Assembly: GCA_002269645.1 (NCBI GenBank)
Contig: NIVC01001531.1
Location: 2,691 to 66,690, forward strand
Direction of reading: 5' to 3'
Origin: Macrostomum lignano
Lineage: Eukaryota
DNA length: 64,000 nt
This document shows positions 12,661 through 23,400 of this stretch, in pieces; positions within the stretch are counted from its first letter, which is position 1, and every line of letters starts with the position of its first letter. The translations under genes and the position numbers were made by a program. The notes beneath the pieces were generated by a model. That model did not search any database, had not been told where the DNA came from, and was given only the letters and a program-made list of their open reading frames with translations.

Positions 12661-13726
12661 AACATCGCCCTGAATACATCAAAAGAGAAAACCTGTAATA
12701 TTGAGTTCAGACTTGCAGATCAAATCGTTTCTATTGGCCGTTCTTTTATTTCAAATTCTTTAATCCGTGCAAAAATGAAATAAAATTAACAAACAGTACG
12801 GACAGTTTTGATTGTTCTCAATTCTCATGAACTGCGTGTACTGTACGGATTTTGTTTTCTTCTTTAAATAAGTCTTCTATGTGCTTTATTTCTTAAAAGT
12901 AGACATCTACCATAGTAGAACTTATTGATTTATGATCCCGTTATTACCTATCTCTTTTTTGTTTAGTCTGCTTTTGCATAGGCCAGGCAACAAAGCGAGA
13001 GAAAAGACTTATAGAAAAAAAGACATGCTAGCAATCTGTTCTACCCCTCAGTTTCTTCTATAATCTACAATTCTACATATATCTCTTCGCTCTGCCGAGA
13101 CTCTCTGTTATTGCTTTGCAGCTTGTTAATGCCCGTTTTAATTTGAAATCAAAACGGCAATCTTTGCTTTGGGTGTTGTACATCAAATAGTTATATAAAT
13201 ATATTAATAACATAAAGTGGCAAATGCAATGCACCACTCTTTTAAAAGAAGTTTCATTTCAAAATTATAGACTAACTTGTTAATCTGTTTGTTTGTTTTT
13301 GTGTTGATAAGCTTTATGTCTCATTAGCTGTCGTGTATTTTTAGAAATGACCAAATACCACCATAATGTTGGCACAGAGCGCAAGTGTAATTTAAGATTT
13401 AAAAAATATTATAGTTAGGCCTGGGCCCAGTGCGTTACAGAATTGCTTTTGTGCGTTTTGCTTGTACTTTTAATTTAATGACACAAAACCAGCCTTCAAA
13501 AGTTTCTAAGCAATAAAGTCTCCCATTCCATTATTCACTTTCTGCTAGCTCGTAACACTTATGTTGTATGTTATAAAACTGTTTTACGATACATATCGTT
13601 AGTTTAGGCCGTGGCAATTTTTTTAATGAAAATAATACACACCACTTATTGCGATTTTTTCCCTGCGCGAATGATTGGGCACTACGGCGGATATAATTCA
13701 ACTGGACTTTGGATGACATAAACAAG

Positions 13727-16489
13727 ATGGCACTGTTGAAACGAGCATGGATTGGTTACGATCGGTTGCTAAGGACGCATCCTGTTGTTACGCCCGCCCT
13801 GACAACCGGAGTGCTGATGGGCGTCGGAGATGTGGCTGCCCAGAGTCTGGAGGGGTACGGCTATCGGAGAATGAGTTTTCGCAGAACATCCAAGGTTTTC
13901 TTGTTGGGTGCCTGCGCTTATGTGAGTTTGCTTTTGCATGGCTTAGCAATAGATTAAAAGATTGGTTCTTCAACTGTTCTATCACCCAGTATGGGATAAT
14001 ATATCGGTTTAAGGAATCGTCCCTAATCCGTCCAAAGAATCCTTCCTAATCCACCCAAGAATCGCCCCTAATCCGTCCAAAGAATCCTCCCTAATCCACC
14101 CCAATAATCGCCCCTAATCCGTCCAAAGAATCCTCCCTAATCCACCCCAAGAATCGCCCCTAATCCGTCCAAAGAATCCTCCCTAATCCACCCCAATAAT
14201 CGCCCCTAATCCGTCCAAAGAATCCTCCCTAATCCACCCCAAGAATCGCCCCTAATCCGTCCAAAGAATCCTCCCTAATCCACCCCAAGAATCGCCCCTA
14301 ATCCGTCCAAAGAATCCTCCCTAATCCACCCCAATAATCGCCCCTAATCCGTCCAAAGAATCCTCCCTAATCCACCCCAAGAATCGCCCCTAATCCGTCC
14401 AAAGAATCCTCCCTAATCCACCCCAAGAATCGCCCCTAATCCACCCCAAGAATCGCCCCTAATCTACCTCAAGAATCGCCCCTAATCCAGCCCAAGGATC
14501 GTCTCTAATCCACCCGAAGAATCGCCTACAATCCACCTCAAGAATCGCTAATTCACCTCAAGAATCGCCCCTAATCCGCCCCAATAATCGCCCCGAATTA
14601 CCACTCCGAGAATCGCTTTTATTGTACAAGTTAGTATGAAAAATTACACAGAGGGCAAGAAGATAAAATTTATGAAATGTTCATACCGTATTTAGATATA
14701 TCGGTCTCTCTGTGCTATGCTTACTGAAAAGAAAGTATTTCCGATTAATAAAACGGAAACATTGCCTACTTTTAATTGCTTTTAATAATTTTTAATGGCG
14801 CACATTTCCGTAAACAGTTTTCCTGACTTATCAACAGAAGCTTCTTTTTGAAGGTACATGCGCGCTTTATAGATTTGTTAGTAGTATAGTTAGTTCCAGT
14901 GTTGAAAAATAAGCAGAAATTTTTTATTTTAATGCGTTAGTAACTTCATGTCTAGTGATAAATTAACATTTTGACCCACAAGTCATGACCCATCTAATGT
15001 TCATGACTTATCTGATTTCTATGACCCACCTACTGTTCATGACTTATCTTCTGATTTCTATGATCCACAGGTCATGACCCACTATGTGTCTATGACTTGT
15101 CTGGTTTCTATGTCCCACAGGTCATGACCCACCGTGTGTCTATGACTTATCTGATTTCTATGTCCCACAGGTCATGACCCACCGTGTGTCTATGACTTAT
15201 CTGATTTCTATGATCCACAGGTCATGACCCACTATGTGTCTATGACTTGTCTGGTTTCTATGTCCCACAGGTCATGACCCACCGTGTGTCTATGACTTAT
15301 CTGATTTCTATGTCCCACAGGTCATGACCCACCGTGTGTCTATGACTTATCTGATTTCTATGATCCACAGGTCATGACCCACTATGTGTCTATGACTTGT
15401 CTGGTTTCTATGTCCCACAGGTCATGACCCACCGTGTGTCTATGACTTATCTGATTTCTATGTCCCACAGGTCATGACCCACCGTGTGTCTATGACTTAT
15501 CTGATTTCTATGACCCACAGGTCATGACCCACCATGTGTCTATGACTTATCTGATTTCTATGACCCACAGGTCATGACCCACCATGTGTCTATGACTTAT
15601 CTGATTTCTATGTCCCACAGGTCATCACCCACCTTGTATTCATGACTTATCTGACTCTATGACCCGTAGGTCATAAGCCACATAATGTTCAGAATAATGA
15701 TTCCGGATCTAGATACTAGACCTAAAAGCCTCATTGATGCAAATTCTTTAACATTATTTTTCAATCACTGTTTGAATTCAAGCTTTTTAAACCAATTGCA
15801 GGGCCCAATGCTGAACAAGTGGTATCATTTCCTGTCGCACAGGTTCGCTAATCAAAGTCACCGAGTATTGAAGATGGTTGCCGCCGATCAGCTAATCATG
15901 GCCCCCGTGTCCGTGGCACTGTACGTGTCCGCTGTGTCCGCTCTGAACTCGGGCAGCCTTGCCGGCGTTGCCAGGCAGTTTGACCACTTTCCCGAGATAA
16001 TGGCCACTAATTATAAGGTTGGCGGGGCGGGGGGCTGTCTGTCTGTCTGTCTGTCTGTTTGTATGTCTGTATGTCTGTCTGTCTGTCTATCTGTCTGTCT
16101 GTCTGTCTGTCAGTCAGTCAGTATTTTCTTCCTTTCTCTTTACAAGGTGTTGATTTATCTTTCTTTCAGTTGTGGCCAGCAGTTCAGGTGTTAAACTTCA
16201 CCTTTGCACCGAGTCATTTAAGGTAAATTTTTAAAACGATTTTTTTGGCTTTTCACATAAAATGATGCTCAATAAATGCCAGGCTAAATAAATGCATATT
16301 AATTACTTGCCACCTAGGCTGCTTGTGGTGAACTGCGTCACCATAGTGTGGAACACCTACCTGTCCTGGGTGGCTCACCGGCCGCGCTTAGCGGCTAAAA
16401 AGAAATTAATAAAATCTGTGCCCACAGCCAGTGGAGTCAGCTTGGCCGCCGTTAATCATGACCAGTCGGCTTTGAAGCGTGATAACTAA
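13727..16489 (+). CDS. MPV17: Mpv17 mitochondrial inner-membrane protein (Mpv17/PMP22 family), about 211 aa
   Basis: Exons 13727-13921, 15802-16017, 16170-16222 and 16318-16489, GT-AG and frame-consistent. Family motifs: TGVLMGVGDVAAQ, GPMLNKWY, KMVAADQ, TNYKLWPAVQVLNF and RLLVVNCVTIVWNTYLSWVAH. Confidence 0.92.
14017..14620. repeat. 23-bp minisatellite with alternating 46-bp dimer, in MPV17 intron 1
   Basis: Alternation of aagaatcgcccctaatccgtcca and aagaatcctccctaatccacccc. Confidence 0.92.
14985..15680. repeat. 50-bp minisatellite in MPV17 intron 1
   Basis: Unit gtcatgacccaccgtgtgtctatgacttatctgatttctatgtcccacag; period 50 (15121 to 15171), with a three-unit variant cycle. Confidence 0.93.
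16036..16120. repeat. (TCTG)n microsatellite in MPV17 intron 2
   Basis: Read directly. Confidence 0.9.
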
Positions 16490-16569
16490 ATGGCAAAGTT
16501 ATTCGTCAAATAGGCTATTTATTAATAGATTATCTATCACGGCGTAAATGTTTCTATCAGGGACAACTC

Positions 16570-17120
16570 GCTCCCCGTCCCCCAGCTAGCTGACTAATGT
16601 ACACTCTCCCGTCCCCCCAATTAGCTGACTAATGTACACTCTCTCTCCCGTCCCCCCCAATTAGCTGACTAATTTACACTCTCTCTCCCGTCCCCCCAAT
16701 TAGCTGACTAATTTACACTCTCTCTCCCGTCCCCCCAATTAGCTGACTAATGTACACTCTCTCTCCCGTCCCCCCAATTAGCTGACTAATTTACACTCTC
16801 TCTCCCGTCCCCCCAATTAGCTGACTAATGTACACTCTCTCTCCCGTCCCCCCCAATTAGCTGACTAATGTACACTCTCTCTCCCGTCCCCCCCAATTAG
16901 CTGACTAATTTACACTCTCTCTCCCGTCCCCCCAATTATCTGACTAATTTACACTCTCTCTCCCGTCCCCCCCAATTAGCTGACTAATGTACACTCCCTC
17001 CCCGTCCCCCAGCTAGCCGGCTAATGTTCTCTCCCCCGTCTCCCAACTAGCCGACTAATGTACATTCTCTCCCCCGTCCGCCAGCTAGCCGACTAATGTA
17101 CATTCTCTCCCCCGTCCCTC
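16570..17120. repeat. 39-40-bp minisatellite (ctcccgtccccccaattagctgactaatgtacactctct)n
   Basis: Tandem units read directly, starting about 80 bp after the MPV17 stop. Confidence 0.93.
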
Positions 17121-17849
17121 GCTTTTCACCCGCCAGAATGTACAATTCGTATATATTCGCATTAAACTCTTAACAACTATTAGAAAAAAACTTAAAATAG
17201 TTTTATTGTTTTATTTTATTATAGAAATAAATTCCTGCTAATAAAATTAACCGGTTGCTTTGCTTGATTTATGGTTTATGAGATTTTCCTTCTAGCGCAG
17301 CTGCTTTATATTTTATACTTTAAATACTTAAGGAAAAACAATATTTCACACCAAAAAGAATTAATAGGCCGGAACCCCGAACACTTGACTAAATATCTAT
17401 GATACTCAGGAAATTAAATAAATTTGTGGTTTATGTTATTTTTCTCACTTTCAGCTTTCTGCCGCGATATTTATTGACTATCCTATCCCATTATAACGGC
17501 AGTTTTTCTGTCATTTTTTGGTATAAAAGTACGTTTCGAGGCGGTGTTTTATGCGCTGAATGCAACTCAGTAAACAAAGTTCTTGCAGCTGTTGGTGTCT
17601 AAAATTCTGTGACTAAGTTAATTAATTTAATTAATTTTATTAATTGTTTTAAGCCACTGGCAAACACCGATATTAATAAAAATGTTTATTGTACGCTCTG
17701 GTGAATTGCTATTTACAAGAAAATTAGCAAGTAACAATATTTTTTGTTTTTACTCATATCGCCTTTATCGTGTTTAGAGATTCTGATTAAGAAACGAAAA
17801 TTTACGACAACTGAAGCCTAATGCAGACTCCTCAACCCTGACCCCCTAA

Positions 17850-18060
17850 CCATTCACTCCCCAACCCTTACCCCCTGCCCCAATGCACACTTCTTAACCC
17901 TTTACCCCAATGTACGCTCCCCAACCCTTTACCCCAATGTACACTCCCCAACCCTTTACCCCAATGTACACTCCCCAACCCTTTACCCCAATGTACACTC
18001 CCCAACCCTTTACCCCAATGTACACTCCCCAACCCTTTACCCCAATGTACACTCCCAAAC
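17850..18060. repeat. 27-bp minisatellite (atgtacactccccaaccctttacccca)n
   Basis: Read directly; it produces the spurious MYTPQPFTP ORF. Confidence 0.93.
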
Positions 18061-18469
18061 CTTACCTACTAATTCCAGCTTTGAGTAACAATTACACATA
18101 ATTCTTGCCTTATTATGTTACTTCAAGCCATGCCAAAAATGTTTGCCAGAATTTTCAGACCTTAGTAGTAAAACTTTCAAGCTGATTCTCGAACTGTTTT
18201 GCGCATATTTTTTTAAAAAACAGAAGTCTTACTTGTACGCTCGTATTTCAATTTTGCCGTTTTAAAGTGCCCGCAACGCTTACTGACGATGTTTAAACTA
18301 TTTTTGTTTTTTTTGAAAAGAACGAGTTCTTAGACGTGCTTTTTGAGCAGTGTTGTGAAACTCAATTTTAAATAGTGAAATACACTGTGCCAGTATTGGT
18401 GGCTCCGTTAGATTATATTTTGTTACCCTGTTCATTAATGCCTGTTCTTGTGCTGTTCTATTTCTAAAT

Positions 18470-19810
18470 TCTCAGTAGAGATCTCTTATCTATCTCAGTA
18501 GAGATCTCTTATCTATCTCAGTAGAGATCTCTCATCTATCTCAGTAGAGATCCCTCATCTATCTCAATTGAGATCTCTCATCTACCTCAATTGAGATCTC
18601 TCATCTATCTCAGTAGAGATCCCTCATCTATCTCAGTAGAGATCTCTCATCTATCTCAGTAGAGATCTCTCATCTATATCAGTAGAGATCTCTCATCTAT
18701 CTCAATTGAGATCTCTCATCTATCTCAGTAGAGATCTCTCATCTATCTCAATTGAGATCTCTCATCTATATCAGTAGAGATCTCTCATCTATCTCAATTG
18801 AGATCTCTCATCTATCTCAGTAGAGATCTCTCATCTATCTCAGTAGAGATCTCTCATCTCTCTCAGTAGAGATCTCTCATCTATCTCAGTAGAGATCCCT
18901 CATCTATCTCAATTGAGATCTCTCATCTATCTCAGTAGAGATCTCTCATCTACCTCAATTGAGATCTCTCATCTATCTCAGTAGAGATCCCTCATCTATC
19001 TCAGTAGAGATCTCTCATCTATCTCAGTAGAGATCTCTCATCTATCTCAATTGAGATCTCTCATCTATCTCAGTAGAGATCTCTCATCTATCTCAATTAA
19101 GATCTCTCATCTATATCAGTAGAGATCTCTCATCTATCTCAATTGAGATCTCTCATCTATCTCAGTAGAGATCTCTCATCTATCTCAATTGAGATCTCTC
19201 ATCTATCTCAGTAGAGATCTCTCATCTACCTCAATTGAGATCTCTCATCTATCTCAATTGAGATCTCTCATCTATCTCAGTAGAGATCCCTCATCTATCT
19301 CAGTAGAGATCTCTCATCTATCTCAGTAGAGATCCCTCATCTATATCAGTAGAGATCTCTAATCTATCTCAATTGAGATCTCTCATCTATCTCAGTAGAG
19401 ATCTCTCATCTATCTCAATTGAGATCTCTCATCTATATCAGTAGAGATCTCTCATCTATCTCAGTAGAGATCTCTCATCTATCTCAATTGAGATCTTTCA
19501 TCTATCTCAGTAGAGATCTCTCATCTATCTCAGTAGAGATCTCTCATCTCTCTCAGTAGAGATCTCTCATCTATCTCAGTAGAGATCCCTCATCTATCTC
19601 AATTGAGATCTCTCATCTATCTCAGTAGAGATCTCTCATCTACCTCAATTGAGATCTCTCATCTATCTCAGTAGAGATCCCTCATCTATCTCAGTAGAGA
19701 TCTCTCATCTATCTCAATTGAGATCTCTCATCTATCTCAGTAGAGATCTCTTATCTATCTCAGTTGAGATCTCTCATCTTTCTCTGTTGAGAACTCTTAT
19801 CTATCTCATT
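18470..19810. repeat. 23-bp minisatellite (tcagtagagatctctcatctatc)n
   Basis: About 1.3 kb with period 23; two variants (tcagtaga and tcaattga). Confidence 0.95.
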
Positions 19811-19897
19811 GCAAAAATATAGTTGAAAGTTTTATAAAATATTTGCGTGGAAACATTTCTGCGTATAAATTAAAGATAGCGCACCACAAAGCATTAA

Positions 19898-20128
19898 ATG
19901 AAAGCAGCATACTTTGGATCCGTTGCAGTGCTTGGTGGCATATCTTTGGCATTTTATTCCTGGTACCTGTTGCAGCACAACGACAAAATAGTGCATCCGA
20001 CTTCCAAGCAACGGATTGAAGAATTTGACCGTTCGTTGACGAAGCGATTTGAATTATTCGCGGGAAATTCGAGCAATAGCAGCAGCAGCAAAAGTAGCAC
20101 AGTTGCTGAAACGCCTAAGCGTGATTAG
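19898..20128 (+). CDS. Putative 76-aa single-pass membrane microprotein (ORF1 of the candidate polycistronic unit)
   Basis: ATG to TAG in non-repetitive, exon-like sequence. Hydrophobic segment FGSVAVLGGISLAFYSWYLL, then a charged helix and a Ser-rich tail. The stop is followed immediately by a donor-like GTTAGT. Confidence 0.55.
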   Translation: MKAAYFGSVAVLGGISLAFYSWYLLQHNDKIVHPTSKQRIEEFDRSLTKRFELFAGNSSNSSSSKSSTVAETPKRD

Positions 20129-20149
20129 GTTAGTTGCGTGAGCTTGTGA

Positions 20150-20820
20150 CGACCCCTAGATAATCAGGGGTGGTTGGCGGGCCCTAGATAATCAGGGGTG
20201 GTTGGCGGGCCCTGGATAATCAGGGGTGGTTTGCGAGCCTTGGATAATCAGGGGTGGTTGGTGAGCCCTAGATAATCTGGGGTGGTTGGCGAGCCCTAGA
20301 TAATCAGGGGTTGGCGAGCCCTGGATAATTAGGGGTGGTTGGCGAGCCCTGGATAATTAGGGGTGGTTGGCGAGCCCTGGATAATCAGGAGTGGTTGGTG
20401 AGCCCTGGATAATCAGGAGTGGTTGGTGAGCCTTGGATAATCAGGGGTGGTTGGTGAGCCTTGGATAATCAGGGGTGGTTGGCGAGCCCTGGATAATCAG
20501 GGGTGGTTGGCGAGCCCTGAATAATCAGGGGTGGTGGTGGGCCCTGGATAATCAAGGGTGGTGGTGGGCCCTGGATAATCAGGGGTGGTTGTTTGCGGGC
20601 CCTGGATAATCAGGGGTGGTGGTGGGCCCTGGATAATCCGGGGTGGTTGTTTGCGGGCCCTGGATAATCAGGAGTAGTGGTGGGCCCTGGATAATCCGGG
20701 GTGGTTGTTTGCGGGCCCTGGATAATCAGGGTTGGTTTTTGCGCACCCTATATAATTAGGGGTGATTGTCGGGCCGTGGATTAGTAGGTGGTTGTGTAAA
20801 TGGACCCTGGATAATTGGGG
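20150..20820. repeat. 28-31-bp G-rich minisatellite (ccctggataatcaggggtggttggcgag)n in predicted intron 20129-20911
   Basis: Read directly. Confidence 0.93.
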
Positions 20821-20949
20821 TGAATGACTGACCGTAAACACTGGATCGGGGCAGCCAACGTGAAATGATTTTAATCCCTAATTAATTATTAAACTGCCTT
20901 ACTAATTACAGGTATTCCTTCGTGCAAATCCTGAGGTTCCCCGGTTACT

Positions 20950-21231
20950 ATGCTACTATTTTTACGTCGATGTTTCTGGGAGGCGCGCGTGTTCACAGTT
21001 CAGCACCCGTTTCTGTCGCTCGCCACAATGCTTGGTTTAAGTGGGTCGGCCATCTACCTGTCAGAGGACCGTTATCGATTTTTAACCGCCCAATCTAGAG
21101 CCGAATTGCAAAGAATGGAGTCGCTAAGTTGGAGAGAAAGATGGTTTATTAATTTCAAAGATAAACAGCGACTGATTCTGCCGGAGTCTGTGTACCGCCG
21201 GCTGTTTGATGAGGATGACAAGTCTGAGTGA
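20950..21231 (+). CDS. Putative 93-aa single-pass membrane microprotein (about 100 aa if spliced 21227 to 22134); ORF2 of the candidate polycistronic unit
   Basis: GC/CpG-rich coding-like sequence 38 nt after a branch-point and acceptor (actaattacag, 20901-20911). Arg-containing N-terminus and hydrophobic segment PFLSLATMLGLSGSAIYL. A donor-like GTGAGC at 21228 overlaps the stop. Confidence 0.6.
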   Translation: MLLFLRRCFWEARVFTVQHPFLSLATMLGLSGSAIYLSEDRYRFLTAQSRAELQRMESLSWRERWFINFKDKQRLILPESVYRRLFDEDDKSE

Positions 21232-21759
21232 GCTCCCGGTCCCACTGCTACCCAGACAGTTGTGTGCTGCGCTTTTGGGGATGTGTTTGGTTGGTTGAAG
21301 ACACAGAAATTAAGTATCGCCCCTCAAAAATCCTCTCAAGAATCGCCTCTCAAGAATCGCCCAAAAGTCCCAACTTTGAGACCGAAAGATCCCAAATTCG
21401 AAAATCGTGCTTAAAATCCCAAAATCGGAAATCGCTTCAAAAATCCCAAATTCGAAAATCGCCCCAGAAATCCCAAATTTTAGAATCGTCACAATAATCC
21501 CAAATCAAGTCGTCATGATACGGTTAGTTAAAGTTCATTGTTTTTTAGTTAAAATAATCTTAGTTTTGAATTACTTACTTTTAGTAGCCTGTGTAAAATC
21601 ATTTATGCTGAAAATTGAAAAGTACAGTACGAGCATAAGTATGTTGATCTTACCATTTTGTAGAAAGCGAAACTAACTCAAGTAAAAACTCGTTGAATTT
21701 CCTAATTTCATGCTAAATGCACATTATGCTTTTTTATTTCATAATTTTTATACAGTTGA

Positions 21760-22075
21760 TATAGAGATGAGGTTAGGCTATAGGTGAAATGAGTATATAG
21801 AGATGAGATTAGCCTACATATGAGATTGTAAGCACAGACATGAGACTAAGCTACAGGAGAGTTTGTGAGCACAGTCATGAGACTAAGCTACAGGTGAGAT
21901 TGTAAACACAGACATGAGATTAAACTACAGGTGAGATTGTTAGCACAGACATGAGATTGAGCTAAAGGTGAGATTATGAGCACAGACATGAGATTAAGCT
22001 ACAGGTGGGAGTGTGAGCTCAGACATGATATTAAACTACTGGTGAGATTGTGAGCACCGACATGAGATTATGAGC
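21760..22075. repeat. About 37-bp degenerate minisatellite in predicted intron 21228-22133
   Basis: gacatgag recurs at period 37 (21911 to 21948). Confidence 0.85.
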
Positions 22076-22138
22076 CATTGCATCACAAATACAATGCAAT
22101 AGCCTTAAGTCTATGTTCCCAATTGCTGTTCAGCAGCA

Positions 22139-22744
22139 ATGCCAACCCTACTTACTAGCAGTAGTATGATGAGTACTATGCAGCGTATTAGACCGCTACT
22201 ACAGCTGAGACACCTGAGCAGCGAACGGTACAGCTATTGGCGCGGATTTCTCGATCGCCTAGCAACAGAGGCCAATGCCTTGACAACAGAGCCTTCAGCT
22301 AGTGGTAAACAGGCCACCACAGCTGACTCATACCTGCTGCCTGAGTCGAGAGATCTCGCTAGGAAAGCCCGGCCGATGCAGAACGGCGGCCTGCTGCCGC
22401 GGCTAAAGGATCCCAGACACGAGGCGCCGGTGGTGATGCCGCCGTATCAGCCTATTGATGACTGGCACCCGAAGCAGGCTCTGTTTGGTCAGAACGACTA
22501 CATTGACATACTGGGCGAGGGCGAGGTCACGCCGAAAGATCTCTACGTCGGGCCCAATTACACTCGGCTGAGTCGGGGCAGCGAGTTTCTGAGAAATTTC
22601 CGGCGCCTATCGGTGCAAGACGAGTATATGAAGGAGTTTATGCCCACTAGGCGGTCCATTATTCAGCTGAATAATTACAATTCGCTCAAGTATAGAAATA
22701 AGAGAAGGAATAATGTGTTCCCTAAGTATAGGGAAGAGCCTTGA
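22139..22744 (+). CDS. MRPL51: Mitochondrial large-subunit ribosomal protein mL51; intronless CDS; true start may be Met 22166 or 22178
   Basis: GGLLPR and WHPKQALFGQNDYIDILG motifs are characteristic of invertebrate mL51 (recalled). The N-terminus MQRIRPLLQLRHLSS looks like a mitochondrial presequence. Confidence 0.82.
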   Translation: MPTLLTSSSMMSTMQRIRPLLQLRHLSSERYSYWRGFLDRLATEANALTTEPSASGKQATTADSYLLPESRDLARKARPMQNGGLLPRLKDPRHEAPVVMPPYQPIDDWHPKQALFGQNDYIDILGEGEVTPKDLYVGPNYTRLSRGSEFLRNFRRLSVQDEYMKEFMPTRRSIIQLNNYNSLKYRNKRRNNVFPKYREEP

Positions 22745-22867
22745 GGTTAAGCAGAATTTGCCTTGGTTAGTTCCTGACAATTATTCAATGACTGAAATTT
22801 GCTTCGTTGTATTTGAATATTGTTCTATGCTAGTGTTGTTTTGATTGGCATTTTTTAGCTTGTTGTC

Positions 22868-23400
22868 TTGTTAGGCTTTCCATCTTCCTTTACCCTCTTC
22901 TTTCCTCTCTCTACCCTCTCCTCACCCCTCTTTACCCTCTCCTCGCCCCTCTCTACCCTCTTCTCTCCCCTCTTTACCCTCTCCTCGCCCCTCTTTACCC
23001 TCTCCTCGCCCCTCTCTACCCTCTTCTCTCCCCTCTCTACCCTCTTCTCTCCCCTCTCTACCCTCTTGTCTCCCCTCTTTACCCTCTCCTCGCCCCTCTC
23101 TAACCTCTTCTCTCCCCTCTTTACCCTCTCCTCGCCCGTCTTTACCCTCTCCTCGCCCCTCTTTACCCTCTCCTCGCCCCTCTCTACCCTCTTCTCTCCC
23201 CTCTCTACCCTCTTCTCTCCCCTCTTTACCCTCTCCTCGCCCCTCTCTAACCTCTTCTCTCCCCTCTTTACCCTCTCCTCGCCCCTCTTTACCCTCTCCT
23301 CGCCCCTCTCTACCCTCTTCTCTCCCCTCTTTACCCTCTCTTCTCTCCTTCTCCCCTCCGCTCTCTTTACCATATTTCACCCTCTTTACCCTCTCTCTAT
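22868..23400. repeat. 21-bp CT-rich minisatellite (tttaccctctcctcgcccctc)n
   Basis: Read directly; source of three spurious ORFs. Confidence 0.95.

Noticed and set aside
17490-18300. Minus-strand multi-exon gene with a weak bL33-like segment (KVLLLRSENSGKHFWHGLK)
   Set aside because: It needs a 39-bp intron and weak donors, I found no start codon in frame, and the C-terminal bL33 motif is absent.
20121-20950. Fusion of ORF1 and ORF2 into one protein
   Set aside because: The donor at 20121 joined to the acceptor at 20912 hits a stop (TCC TGA) before ORF2, and the stronger donor lies after the ORF1 stop.
21228-22139. In-frame fusion of ORF2 to MRPL51
   Set aside because: Both acceptors (22134 and 22137) put ORF2 out of frame with MRPL51 and stop at 22158.
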